Below the pieces are notes generated by a model. The model saw only the letters and a program-made list of their open reading frames with translations. It was not told the DNA's origin and did not search any database. A stretch of 62,108 nt of DNA, the filler included, from Dimorphilus gyrociliatus (lineage: Eukaryota > Animalia > Annelida), in NCBI GenBank assembly GCA_904063045.1. It is 4 parts of 4 records of this genome, joined end to end, with 100 filler letters (N's around TTAATTAATTAA, not from the genome) between each part and the next. Parts side by side here need not be neighbours in the genome. Positions count along the whole stretch, not along the records: positions 1 to 18,010 come from CAJFCJ010000208.1; positions 18,111 to 46,938 come from CAJFCJ010000136.1; 2 more parts are not named here. One strand, 5' to 3'. The position numbers and the translations under genes are program-made. This document shows, piece by piece, positions 12,444 to 23,666 of this stretch (within the stretch, counting starts at the first letter, position 1; the number at the start of each line of letters is the position of its first letter).

Positions 12444-14990
12444 TTATTTTACATATGCCTGTTCAAAAGAAAACATAACGTACAAATGTAGAAGTGTTTC
12501 TTTTAAATAGTTGGCGTTCTCCGTGCTTAAAATGCATTGATTTATGTAGATGGTTTTTAAAGAGATTAATGATGATTTGATACCGTCACAGATCGTTTTA
12601 AATCCATTATATATCAGAATTTGAGCAGAGGGCAACAGTTTGTAATGAAGAACAATGTCGTAATGTTTTGCCAAAACATCTGGCCACATGTTCATTTAGA
12701 TGACACCAGATTATTCGTATTATCCCTAAACTTTTAAAAGACGTCGTAAGTCCTTTACAAATCATCTTAAATCCATCACAACACATTCTCTGATTTAACG
12801 ATAAATTAACACTTTCTAATGAGGAACAATATCGAAATGTTTCAGCTAAACCTAGTTAATTTTTACCAGTTGAAATACACTTACTTACGTCAATTGTTCT
12901 CAAAGTGAGAAAAGATGATTTCAGTCCTTCACAAATCGTCTGAAATCCATTTTCCTTGCAAGAATTTAAAGATAAATTGATATTTTCCAACGAAAAGCAG
13001 AGTTTTAATGCTTGTCCTAGACATTCACCTAGTTCGCTATTCAAATCACATCCGCTTACATTGAGTTCTTTCAGTGTGTAAGAGGAATAGTAGAGTCCTT
13101 TACTGATTTGTTTGAATCCATTGCCCATGTCTTTATTGAAAGATAAATCAATGTATTCTAATGAAGAAACTTTCTGAAATAATTTGCCTAAATGGTTGAC
13201 GTTAAACTGTCGGCAGAAGACTCAGGTGCTTCGCATTTTGTTTTGAATCCTCTATCCATTTCCTCATTGAAAGTTAAAAATATATTTTCTAATGACGAAC
13301 AAGCTTGACGCGTCCCTCTAAGATATTTTAAATTATTATCACTTAAACTACAATCGCTCAAGTTGATTGAAGGAAATTTCCTAAATTATCCTTGTAATTA
13401 AACAACGAAAATCTTGTTAAATTGGGGCATTTTGTTAAAAATTCCTGACTACTATTATGTAATTTTTCATAATTTAAATATTGATTTATGTCAATAAATC
13501 CAATCTTTCAACAATAACTGTTAATAAATCATCAAAACAGGTTTTTTTTTCTATTTGATATAAATCTACTTGAAGGCTATTCATTCGTACATAATCGTTC
13601 TTTATTGCCTATGTTATTATTTCTAAATCATCATTATTTAGGTCCATAGATTTTGTTTCCTCTTCAAAATTCTGGATACTCTGACAACCGTTGAATAACA
13701 GTCCAAGCTTTTGCTTATTAAAGATCTTGATTTTTATTGAATTCTGAAATGAAGTGTATACAACGTCACGAAGCCCTTATTATGAATATTCATGCTATTC
13801 ATAACAAAATTATAACAATTCCGTAAGAATTCCTTCTCCGGATGAATAAGTCGGCAATTTTGAATTGTTAATTTTTTAAAGATTCCAATTTCTGTCTTAG
13901 ATTCTATGATTTTAAAAAACGATTTCGTTGTACTTCCGGTTAAAATTTTATTTTTAATTGTAATATTTTCTAGAAATGCACATCTGTTTAAAAAACTTAT
14001 TGTTGTTTTCGTAAAAAAAATTGTTGATATTGTAAGATTCGTCAAAAATTTCAATATTTTTCCAACCAAAAGTCGCTTTGATCAGCCAATTATTGCCTTT
14101 TTGATTATTTGATATTTTTATCTTTTCGATGCTCTTTGTCGTCTCCTTATCGTAATTAGTCCAATTTTCCCGTATAATCTTAACTGTCACTTTAAACAGG
14201 TAGAGAAAATGGATATTTGTAGATGAGATTAGCATGATAATTTTATCAAAAACGATATCGAAGTAATCTAATGTAACTCAACAGAGGTGAATGTAGAGAA
14301 AGTTGCTCTAGTAGATGTTTATTTACTTGAATATTATGAAGATTAACCTCATTTAGCCATTTTCCGTTGTTTTTCAGCACAATCTCCAATACTAAATCAT
14401 TCAAATGGTCATTTTCCAATATTAATTTCCCATCATTCCCTAAACCTCTACGCAAGACGTTTTATAGCTTGACAACAATCGAATAATTGGTGTGCACTTT
14501 GAGAAGATGAGATAATATTTTGAAAAAAGAACCAATATTTATTGGTTCAATAAAGTTTATAATGCTTAATACTTTTGTAATTTCAGTTTAAGAGAAAAAT
14601 TTGTCTATTAATATACTAATATTATATTTCTTCAATTTTGGTTTTTGCAATTTCATTAAGAATTTTGAGGAGAAAAAGTCTTGAAATGATAAATGACAGG
14701 ATTTCAATTCCATTTTGTTCAATTCCGATGGAAAAATGTCTATTGGGCTTTTTAAACTCTTTTCTATAAATTTATATTTTTTTTTATTGGAGTCGAGGAT
14801 AGTTCTACATTTGGATAGATTAAGAAAAGATAATCTGCAGATTTCTTTTAGATTATAATAATCTTTACTTGACTTATCATTCAAGTAATTTTTCTCTTGA
14901 ACAACTTGAACAATCCTTTGGTAGATTTCTTGTCGAGTTCTCTCAAATAGCCTCCTACCCTCTTTTAAGATGAAAAGATCTTTCAATTTC
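12444..14990 (-). CDS. Ribonuclease-inhibitor-type LRR protein (NLR-like), fragmented or possibly a pseudogene
   Basis: Repeats such as LKELNVSGCDLNSELGECLGQAL, LENINLSLNSCKENGFQTICEGL and LKTIYINQCIL across several minus-strand ORFs. The 5' end abuts an LTR fragment. Confidence 0.7.
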
Positions 14991-14996
14991 CTGCTC

Positions 14997-15198
14997 TTGG
15001 CCACACCCTAGGCAGGTTAATTAAATTATAACTTGGCCAAACCTTTATTGGTAATTAAAGATGAGCCTTCAAGCTGACTAATCAGACTTATGTTTGGCCA
15101 ATGTTATAGCATTTTCTTGCGTAGGTTTTAAGATGTACATGTATATGTTGCATAAAATAATAGAGTTCAAGCATGTAAAATATAACCAAAGTTGTACA
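14997..15198 (-). mobile_element. Truncated copy (U3 portion) of the gypsy LTR
   Basis: Near-identical reverse complement of 23667-23868, ending in TGTACA at 15198. Confidence 0.9.
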
Positions 15199-16673
15199 GT
15201 GATAAAGTAAAATAAAATTTTCAATCCTATTCTTAAAAGGACAGAGTACTCAATTCGTTTGAATGTCTACAAATTCAGCAAAATCGAATGATTGCGCAAT
15301 AAAATACAATAATAAGATTAGAGTTGACGAATAAATTAGATATTCTATTTTGTCCTTTGCGCCTTCTTTCCTAGTATGTCCAATTATCAAGAACAGTATA
15401 CTGACATCATCCTACGAAAATAATTGCTATTTCCAATTAAGAAAACATTTAAATTCGGATGAGCCTAATTAATTTTGTTTTGAGAGGAATTCAAAATTAT
15501 TTAGCATTTCCGGTTTATCCCAAATTAAATCCCTCAAATTTGGATTACTTTTCATTATGAAACGAAACGAAGATTTTTCAGAAAGAAATATAACACAAAA
15601 ATATAATTTGCGAAATAATATTACGTAATAAAATAACCGGAAATGGGATAATTTCTATCAAATCTGTACAATTAATCTTTTATACAAATTATAGCCGACA
15701 GGTTTTCAATTTCGTGTATTCAAAATTGCAATGACAGGATTTTTACTTGCAGTCATAATACATTCCTATAAGTTCGCGAATTCATCTGCGTAGCGAGTAT
15801 TTCCTTATGTGACTTTAATTGTATTGACGGAAAAAGAAGACATACAACATTCTACTCGAAATACTCAGATAATTCCTTTTTGCCTGAAGAATTCTCTAAA
15901 TGTAGAAATAAACGAAGAGTTTTATTCAAACTACTCAAATTTGCAATAGAATTTACGATTGCAAGGACGAAAGTGACGAAATCGTTTGTCATAGTTTCAG
16001 TTGTTCACAAAATTGCCGACAATGTCTATACAACCATACATATAAATAGTATTCAATAAAATTAATGGAATACCGACGAAGATCAAAACGCTGAAGACTT
16101 TAAAAACTACTCAAATTTCAAATTTATCCTATTTTTGGACATTTATTATATTTTCAGTCGTTCTTTAAAATTTAATCAAATATTCTGATCAATTCAAAAT
16201 ATTTTATTAAATTTTTGTAACAATTAGTAGCTCTAGACTTAAGTATGATTATAACTGGTGAGTGGTTTTTATTTTGGATATTATCCTTCATTTCCTATTC
16301 TTTTCCATTCTATTTTACACGTAAATTTATTGGAGGAAACATTGAAGAAGTATTCTGCTAAATACTAAAGCTGTACTCAAGTTTTGATCTTTTTTTAAAA
16401 ACATATATTCTATTCATTTTGTTAGGCATGGGTTAAATGAAACGTTTATGATATTGTTTATACAGGTAGCATTTTTCACACCGTTTCACGTGGAATAAAA
16501 GAGCTGTTTCAATATTGAATAAGACGATAATCTTATGATTATGAGTTTCGTTCATTCTGTCATAATCTTTATTGTTATCTCAACGAAACAATCCAGAATT
16601 TACATAATGAAGTATTTATTTTCCCCCTCTCTGTAATCGGTAATTTTTTAGTGGCCATTTTCAAATAATGTAA

Positions 16674-17760
16674 ATGATTAAAATCTTAACAGCTATTGGA
16701 ATTAATATAAATCGTATTGGATTATCCAAAACAGTATTTGAAGTTTTGGCCATTCCTAAAGATTATTATAACAGCAAAACTATGGATATTTCCTACCGCA
16801 CCCGTCTCCAGTTATTTCTAGATATATGTATGATTGTGATAATAATCAACTATTTAATGAATTGGCACATTTTGAAAATGCTAAATGTACTCAATACCAT
16901 TACTAATGTTATTATGTGGGATAAGGCATTGAAACTACTCTCATTTGTGATAGTATTAGACAATGTTCCTATGGAGATGGTGAACTAAATTTTTGGTCTG
17001 TTTAAAGCAAAAATATAAAAGAAACGCTGTCACCATTTCACACTTCAAAATTCTAATATTTACAGAAAATAACATTTTAAAAATATTTTGCAAATGTAGA
17101 AATGAAAATATGTTTCTTTGAAATAATAAAATTTACAACAGCATTGTTGATTGTCAAAGGCGAAGATGAAATATTTTGTACAGCACCGAAAAAAGCTAAA
17201 TATAGAAATGTTTGCTATCTAACATACACTTCTTTATTTATTGCAAAACAAGCAATTCAAAAGAGATTTTGAAAAATTTCAAATATACTGCTTGGAAGTT
17301 TTTTACATTTTCTTCCGTTGAGAGCACACCAAAACAAAAACAATTTTTAACTTACCACAATAAAATCCAACAATAATTTTGAGAATTTCCTTTCGGATAT
17401 TTGGAACATTTGGTGTTTTTGGTCATATTTTTCGAAATTTTAATTCAATGCACAAAAAATCATCAAAATTTTTTAAACTTTGCATAGCATTTGCTGATTT
17501 TTTAACATCATTACATTTTTTAATGATAGTAATTTTTGATTGGATTCATTCTGAAGGCGATTATCTTAAAATTGAAGAATTTGGGAGATTTGATATTTTT
17601 TGCTCAGTTTTAGGAACTTTAGTAACATTTTCCATAGTATTTTCAATATCAGCAATTCAATTTCATTAAATTGTCTAGATTTATCAGAAAGTGTATATTA
17701 CAATGTTTATATTTGAACTTTTGCTAACTTATTAAATAAAACAGCAAATGCACAAAATAG
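16674..17760 (+). pseudogene. Degenerate LDLa-7TM receptor (GRL101-like) remnant
   Basis: LICDSIRQCSYGDGEL (LDLa-like); FGTFGVFGH...LCIAFADFLTSLHFLMIVIFD...FCSVLGTL (TM1-3). Stops and frameshifts. Confidence 0.55.
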
Positions 17761-18010
17761 GAAAACACTAAAAAATTCTCTGTACATTATAAACAATTTA
17801 AGAAGCTTACTATAGAACACAAATTAAAGATTCTATAAAATATGGAGATTATTGTAAGAAAATTTTTACAGAAAAAACGTTTTTTTAATAAATCAAAAAA
17901 AATGTTGTCATTTATCTCAAATTCTTGTAAAAGTGTAATAATATATTGGAAATATTCAATATAAATTTAGATTTATATTTTCAACCTTTATCTGTTTTAC
18001 CTGAAGAGCA

Positions 18011-18110
18011 NNNNNNNNNNNNNNNNNNNNNNNNNNNNNNNNNNNNNNNNNNNNTTAATTAATTAANNNNNNNNNNNNNNNNNNNNNNNNNNNNNNNNNN
18101 NNNNNNNNNN
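18011..18110. other. Artificial scaffold spacer (N44-TTAATTAATTAA-N44)
   Basis: Identical 100-bp construct with stops in all six frames occurs three times. Confidence 0.97.
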
Positions 18111-18120
18111 TAAATTATTA

Positions 18121-20230
18121 ATTTACAGCCACCAGTGTTTGCAAATTCACTACTAAGCTTTGTTGCATTTTGTGGCTATTACAGAAAATTTATACAAGAT
18201 TTGCAAGAGTAGCTAAACCTCTGTATATGTTAATGAAACTACATGGGAAAAAGGATAAATTGCAATGGACTGAGGAAGCCAAGCAATCATTTTTCAAGTT
18301 GAGAGATGCAGTAGTTAACCCTCCTGTATTACAACTACCTGATTTTGCTAAAGATTTTCACTTAACAACAGATGCATCGAATGTAGCTGTAGGAGGAGTT
18401 CTTGAACAAGTTTATGTAGATGAGAATGGAAGAAAACAATGAAACCCATTGCCTACGCTTCAAAACAATTCAACAATAATCAAATGAAATATGCAGCCTA
18501 TCAAAAGGAAGCATTTGGGGTTTACTGGGTTGTAAAGAAATTTTTACATTACCTTCAAGACAAGCCATTCTTTTTATATACTGACCATCAGAGTCTAGTA
18601 CAAACATTTAAGCAAAACAAATTGAATGTCAGCACAGCAAAATGGGTCATGGCTTTAATGGATTTAAAATTTACAATTAACTATGTGACAGGACGAAAAA
18701 ATAGAGCAGATGCATTAACAAGATTAGAAGAATATACACCCCCAAGGAAAGTAACATTTGAAGAGCTAATTCATGGAAAGATCAAAAAGGAGAATTCTCC
18801 CTCTATTTCAGTTAAAATGGAACAGTATGAACATACACCAGAGTTAACTTTTGTAGCTACCAGTGATAACAGTGAAGAGAAAATTGATTTGTCTTCTGTT
18901 GACTTACAGTCAGAGCAAGAAAAAGATGTGAATTTAAAATCAATTAAAGAATATTTAACATTGGATGGTCAGCTACCTATTCCTTATTTTGGAACTTTTA
19001 CACCTTTCATAATGGAGATGTTTGTTCACAAGGAAATGATCTGGATTATCCTTGAAGAAAGAAACATTCTGGTTTTACCTGACCATTTGATGCTAACTCT
19101 GCTCCCTAAATTCCATAAAAATAAAATTCACAATCACCATGGACCCAGAATGACATTACAAATAATTACAAAGACCTTTTGGCACCCAAAATTAAAGATT
19201 ATGATTGAGAATTCAATAAAGGATTGCACTTTGTGTGAACAAATGAATGGTAGGAGTAGAGTATACCCTTTGGTAGAAACCTTTCACCCTGCATCACCAA
19301 TGGAGTTGGTAGCCATGGATATAATGGGACCCTTACCCATGGTTAAGTCATACAGATTCATACTTGTGATAGTGGATCATTTCAGTAGATACACAGTTTT
19401 ATATGCACTCAAACAGCAAACCAGTAAAGAAATTGCAAACCTTCTTTTCAACAGATTTTTCCCCATTTTTGGAATTCCAAAACAAATGTTGACAGATCAA
19501 GGAAGAAACTTTGTTGGTAAAGCTTTTAAAGAGTTTATGAAGGTATTAGGTATTGAGAAAATCCAAACAACAGCTTATAGAAGCCAGAGCAATGGACTAG
19601 TTGAACGAAGAAATAGAGAAGTGAGGAAGGAAATCAATAAATTAGTGGTGGAAGAAAATCAGCATAACTGGGTTGCAAACCTACCCTTGATTCAAGCATT
19701 TTTGAATCAATCACCTGTAGGAAGTACAAGACTACCACCCCAGGAACTTCTTTTTGGCACCAGCACAAGAACACTGATTGATGTAACAATGCATACTACC
19801 TCTCCTGAAACAAATGTACTATTTGTATTCAATCACCAGCAGCAATTAGTACAGTTAAGAGCTACAGCCTTCTGTAAATCCATCATGGCAAAAGAACAAT
19901 ATAGGAAAGAAAGAATAGAAATCTAATCTTCCAAAATATTTTGAGGTTGATGATGAAGTATTCTTAAGAAATGATGCTGCAAGAATTGCAATAACAAAAA
20001 TCCTTCTTTAAAATGGTTAGGCCCATACCGAATAACAAAAGTCATCATCAAAAGTGGATATATGAAATACAAATGGATGATAATACATGCAAGTTGGTAA
20101 TGGTAGCAGATTAAGACTAGCCAATGAATCTAATAAGTTGGAAACAAGGAAAGAAGCAACAACAATCTTCACCTTGTGGAGAAGGAATAACACACCTCCA
20201 ATATCTTTCTCAGGTAGAAGGAAGAAATGA
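18121..20230 (+). pseudogene. pol: Gypsy Pol: RT thumb, RNase H, integrase (HHCC, DDE, GPY/F); several 1-nt frameshifts
   Basis: FCGYYRKFI; TDASNVAVGGVLEQ...PIAYASK...YTDHQSL; HHG...CTLC; AMDIMG, LTDQGRNF, SNGLVER. The GPY/F domain (FEVDDEVFLR, KWLGPYRITKV, YEIQ) is frameshifted at 19920-20130. Confidence 0.95.
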
Positions 20231-20256
20231 CTTCCAATTCCGTTGAAGAATCAAAA

Positions 20257-20560
20257 AGGCAAGAAGTCATTGCCTTGTGTGACACAGGAGCATTGAGATC
20301 CTTTATTACTGAAAAAGAAATCAGTTAATGGATGTTACAATTATGGATAAAGAAACAATTGCTTACCAATTATAACTTCAGCTGATGGGAAAGCTTTAAA
20401 GCAAAAAGGAAGCGTAAAGCTGAATATCCAATTTGCTGGAGAAAGTATGAAACAAGAATTTATAGTTATGGAAAATCTAGACATAGCAATAATACTTGGT
20501 TGTGATTTCCTACAAACTGTGGGAGCAAACCTCAATTTTGAAGCTAAACAGTGTTCTCTC
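20257..20560 (+). CDS. Retropepsin (A2 aspartic protease) downstream of integrase; C-terminal half in frame with the env ORF
   Basis: RQEVIALCDTGALRSFITE (D at 20281), then across two 1-nt shifts LPIITSADGKALKQKGSVKLNIQFAGESMKQEFIVMENLDIAIILGCDFLQTVG. Confidence 0.88.
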
Positions 20561-23500
20561 AAATTTGATAGAAGGAAAGGGAACCTGGCTGAAAGAATAA
20601 GGCAACCTCAACTAAACAAAGTCACTATAGCCATGATGGGACAGCATGACTCTTCATCAGAAAGTTCAGATAGTGATGACTCAGAGATGGAAGTTACTAA
20701 TTCTGATACTGGTTATGACACAAGCAATACTTTCAAAACAGACAGTAATTACAGTCTCAATGAACCTTCAAGCTCATCTGAAAGTGATGACACAGAAACA
20801 AATAATGAACTGGATCAAAATACAGATTCAGAGGCAAACATTATCTCTGATAGAGAAGATGAAATATCTAGTTCAGACGATGAGTCAATAATTATTGAAA
20901 GCGAAATTATTGATATAACCCATTCGGATAATGAGTCAATAATTATTGAAGGTGAAATTATTGACATAACCCATTCAGATAATGAGTCCCTCATAGTGGT
21001 AGATTCATCCCAAGATGAGAAAGAAAATACAAGTGACACAGACAATGAGTCAGTCATATTTTTAGATGAGACTAAAATCATCTCTGAACAATTAGATTCC
21101 CAACAAGAAGTGGAACCACAATATATAGAGTTAGAAGATGGAATAACTATCAGAGTGGAACAACAACACAAAACTTTCAACCATTCAACTATAGCCAACA
21201 CAGGAAGAGCTAACATGAAACAGATGTTGTGGCTTCCACTAATGATGACTGTAATGGTGATCTGTGGCTGCATCCACTCAATAACAGTCCCAAAACCATC
21301 CTACCAAGGTGCCCATGTTACAAGTGCAAACATTACCTTAACATTTAAACCACCGTTATACTTTTGTTCTAACCAACTACCAAGCCAGGCATTTGATCTA
21401 GCAGATGAGCCAACTTGTAATATAGAATCACAAGAAACCAAGACAATTACAGCTGATATCTATGAATTGAACTTGGAAGAAATTGAAACAAGAGCAGTAA
21501 AATGTCAAGTGTATCTAAGAACTAATTTTTACACTTACTATTTCTTTGGAGCAAAGAAGAGGAGGATTGTTAACTCAGTTATCAAAGTAACTCATGATCA
21601 ATGCAGACAGATGATAAAAGACAAACGATCTTTTCAAGGAAAACCTTTAATGATGAAAAGAAACACTTGGATCCACCAAGATCAGTTTCCTGCTGCCTAC
21701 ACATGGCCAACAACGACCAAGGTGCTGGAATACACCACAATTATCCAGTTTGGCAAAGCATATTGGCAACCTCCTAATATGAAAATTACAACTAATCTGG
21801 ACTACCTGGAAGATTGTTTACCAGGGCAGTCCTATTGTGAGACAGAAGAGGCAATTATTGTCTTTAGAAACCTCAAGAATAATTACACACTTGGGCAACA
21901 ATCACCATGGATAAAAATTAGCAACAGAATTAGTTGTATCAAATTTGCTGGTCACTATTCTTGTCCAGGGTATTCTATTCTGGACATCCCTTATCAAGAT
22001 AAGTTTATTGATGGAATTGGTGGTCCTGGAACAAAAGTACTAGTACCACTGGAGGAACAGAGTTTAATACAGGAAACAAGCAAGGAACACCTATACAATT
22101 TGCTACAATATCAGAAGATTGGCAAAAATGAAGAAAAACGACTATTAAACTATCCCAATAAAGTTAAAGAACAAATTATACTATACAAGCGAAACAACCC
22201 CTTACCAAGTCTTAACCAATGGTACAGAGAAACAAACACAAAGTATAAACTAATGAGAAATAAAGGCACACTCAAGGAAGTTGTGATATATCATCTACAA
22301 CAACCCATTAGTCCATCTTACTGGGAGCTGGATAACTATTATATCCAAGAAATGCTGCAAGCAGTCAATTGGACAAGGGCAACAAGACAATCTGTGACGA
22401 TTTCAAAATATGTATACAGTGAGAAAAGAATCAAAAAGAAGGTATTACCAACATTGGGCATATGGTATAAAGGACCACCAGCCAGAGAATTTAAGATTAC
22501 CTATGAAGGAATTTATTTTACTCTACACATGAGAATGGCTAAAAAGCAGATGAAGAAGGAAGCAAAACTGAAACATAAGATAAGTAAAAACCCATACCAC
22601 AAATTCCCATTGGAAATGAGAGAAGCTGCCCAAACATCTACCTTACTACATGGTATTGATTCAAATTTTAAGAATTTAAAAAAGTTTACCCAACAGCTGT
22701 CAAGTCTTCTCTGCAATCAATTTGTTCAAAGAAGCAGAATGATGGCATTACTAGCAAATTTGGATCCTCAATTGACCACAGTGTTAACAAATGAGTTGGG
22801 AATGCACAGTAGTCAGATGGGAGAATTAGCTATAATTAAACAATGTTCACCAATAGCCTCAACAGAAGTAGTTTGTGACTTAAGCATGATAAAAAAGAAT
22901 AACAAATGTTCTCAATTTTTACTTGTCACCATGAACAACCTGCTTTTCCAAGTAGAACCAGTTACTCATGTTTTACAGCAAGTCAATCCTGAAGAGATTA
23001 CCTATAATGAGTGTAAGTCTAACAAGTTATTCTACAAAACAACTCACAACCCATTAAATCCTATAAGAAACCAACCAATGAAAGACAAAACGTATGTGTA
23101 TTATTCAGAAAGAGGATGCAGATTTCACACTGTGTCTGCAAAATCCATGCAGTTACATATCCACAATCACCTTTCTGAACCAAAAATTGAAATTGCCAGA
23201 TTAGCTGATCTACTCCACCATGGGGTAAAGAAGGATATTGCATACCAGCACTCAAAAATTAAGCAAGTTATCAGTTCACTGGAACAGAAGCAGGCAAGGT
23301 ATGATAACATGGTCACTGTTGCAGAGAAAAATGGCATTGTACCCAATTTATCTGGAATTAAACAGTTTTTCCATAGTTGGTACTATAAACCTGGGAAAAC
23401 ACTTTATGTTATCATACGAAATATTTGTTTGAGTATTGTAGTGTCAATGGTATGTATCATCATTTTCAACTATATTATTGGAAGAAGAAAACAAAGAGAA

Positions 23501-23635
23501 GAAATTGCTACCCCAAGTGAGAGCACAGATAACTCTCCTGAAAACCCAAAACTAATGAAACAAAGTTGTAGCTTTAGTCAACATCAAACTAATGAAGAAG
23601 AACAACCACCTGTAATTCTCATTAAATCAAGATGA
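20351..23635 (+). CDS. env: Env polyprotein: protease half, acidic leader, signal peptide, class III (herpesvirus gB-like) fusion glycoprotein, TM, tail
   Basis: Open frame from 20351 (first ATG 20447). Signal peptide MKQMLWLPLMMTVMVICGCIHS at 21215. Cys-rich ectodomain with RATR furin-like site (22376-22387). LCNQ...LANLDPQ...GELAIIKQCSP resembles gB domain III. TM ICLSIVVSMVCIIIFNYIIG followed by RRK. Confidence 0.85.
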   Translation, partial: RNNCLPIITSADGKALKQKGSVKLNIQFAGESMKQEFIVMENLDIAIILGCDFLQTVGANLNFEAKQCSLKFDRRKGNLAERIRQPQLNKVTIAMMGQHDSSSESSDSDDSEMEVTNSDTGYDTSNTFKTDSNYSLNEPSSSSESDDTETNNELDQNTDSEANIISDREDEISSSDDESIIIESEIIDITHSDNESIIIEGEIIDITHSDNESLIVVDSSQDEKENTSDTDNESVIFLDETKIISEQLDSQQEVEPQYIELEDGITIRVEQQHKTFNHSTIANTGRANMKQMLWLPLMMTVMVICGCIHSITVPKPSYQGAHVTSANITLTFKPPLYFCSNQLPSQAFDLADEPTCNIESQETKTITADIYELNLEEIETRAVKCQVYLRTNFYTYYFFGAKKRRIVNSVIKVTHDQCRQMIKDKRSFQGKPLMMKRNTWIHQDQFPAAYTWPTTTKVLEYTTIIQFGKAYWQPPNMKITTNLDYLEDCLPGQSYCETEEAIIVFRNLKNNYTLGQQSPWIKISNRISCIKFAGHYSCPGYSILDIPYQDKFIDGIGGPGTKVLVPLEEQSLIQETSKEHLYNLLQYQKIGKNEEKRLLNYPNKVKEQIILYKRNNPLPSLNQWYRETNTKYKLMRNKGTLKEVVIYHLQQPISPSYWELDNYYIQEMLQAVNWTRATRQSVTISKYVYSEKRIKKKVLPTLGIWYKGPPAREFKITYEGIYFTLHMRMAKKQMKKEAKLKHKISKNPYHKFPLEMREAAQTSTLLHGIDSNFKNLKKFTQQLSSLLCNQFVQRSRMMALLANLDPQLTTVLTNELGMHSSQMGELAIIKQCSPIASTEVVCDLSMIKKNNKCSQFLLVTMNNLLFQVEPVTHVLQQVNPEEITYNECKSNKLFYKTTHNPLNPIRNQPMKDKTYVYYSERGCRFHTVSAKSMQLHIHNHLSEPKIEIARLADLLHHGVKKDIAYQHSKIKQVISSLEQKQARYDNMVTVAEKNGIVPNLSGIKQFFHSWYYKPGKTLYVIIRNICLSIVVSMVCIIIFNYIIGRRKQREEIATPSESTDNSPENPKLMKQSCSFSQHQTNEEEQPPVILIKSR
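20873..21000 (+). repeat. 51-bp (17-aa) coding tandem repeat SDDESIIIESEIIDITH / SDNESIIIEGEIIDITH / SDNESL
   Basis: Units start at 20873, 20924 and 20975. Confidence 0.9.
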
Positions 23636-23651
23636 AGGGACTCATCTTCAC

Positions 23652-23665
23652 AAAGAAGGGGGAAG
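23652..23665 (+). promoter_or_regulatory. Polypurine tract
   Basis: AAAGAAGGGGGAAG immediately before the LTR TG start. Confidence 0.85.
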
Positions 23666-23666
23666 T

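Noticed and set aside
15250-16600. CpG-richer stretch possibly coding
   Set aside because: No sustained frame or motif found on either strand.
18055-18066. TTAATTAATTAA palindrome within N runs (three times)
   Set aside because: Artificial six-frame-stop linker, not biology.
20815-21273. 152-aa antisense ORF within env
   Set aside because: Expected by-product of low-complexity acidic codons on the sense strand.
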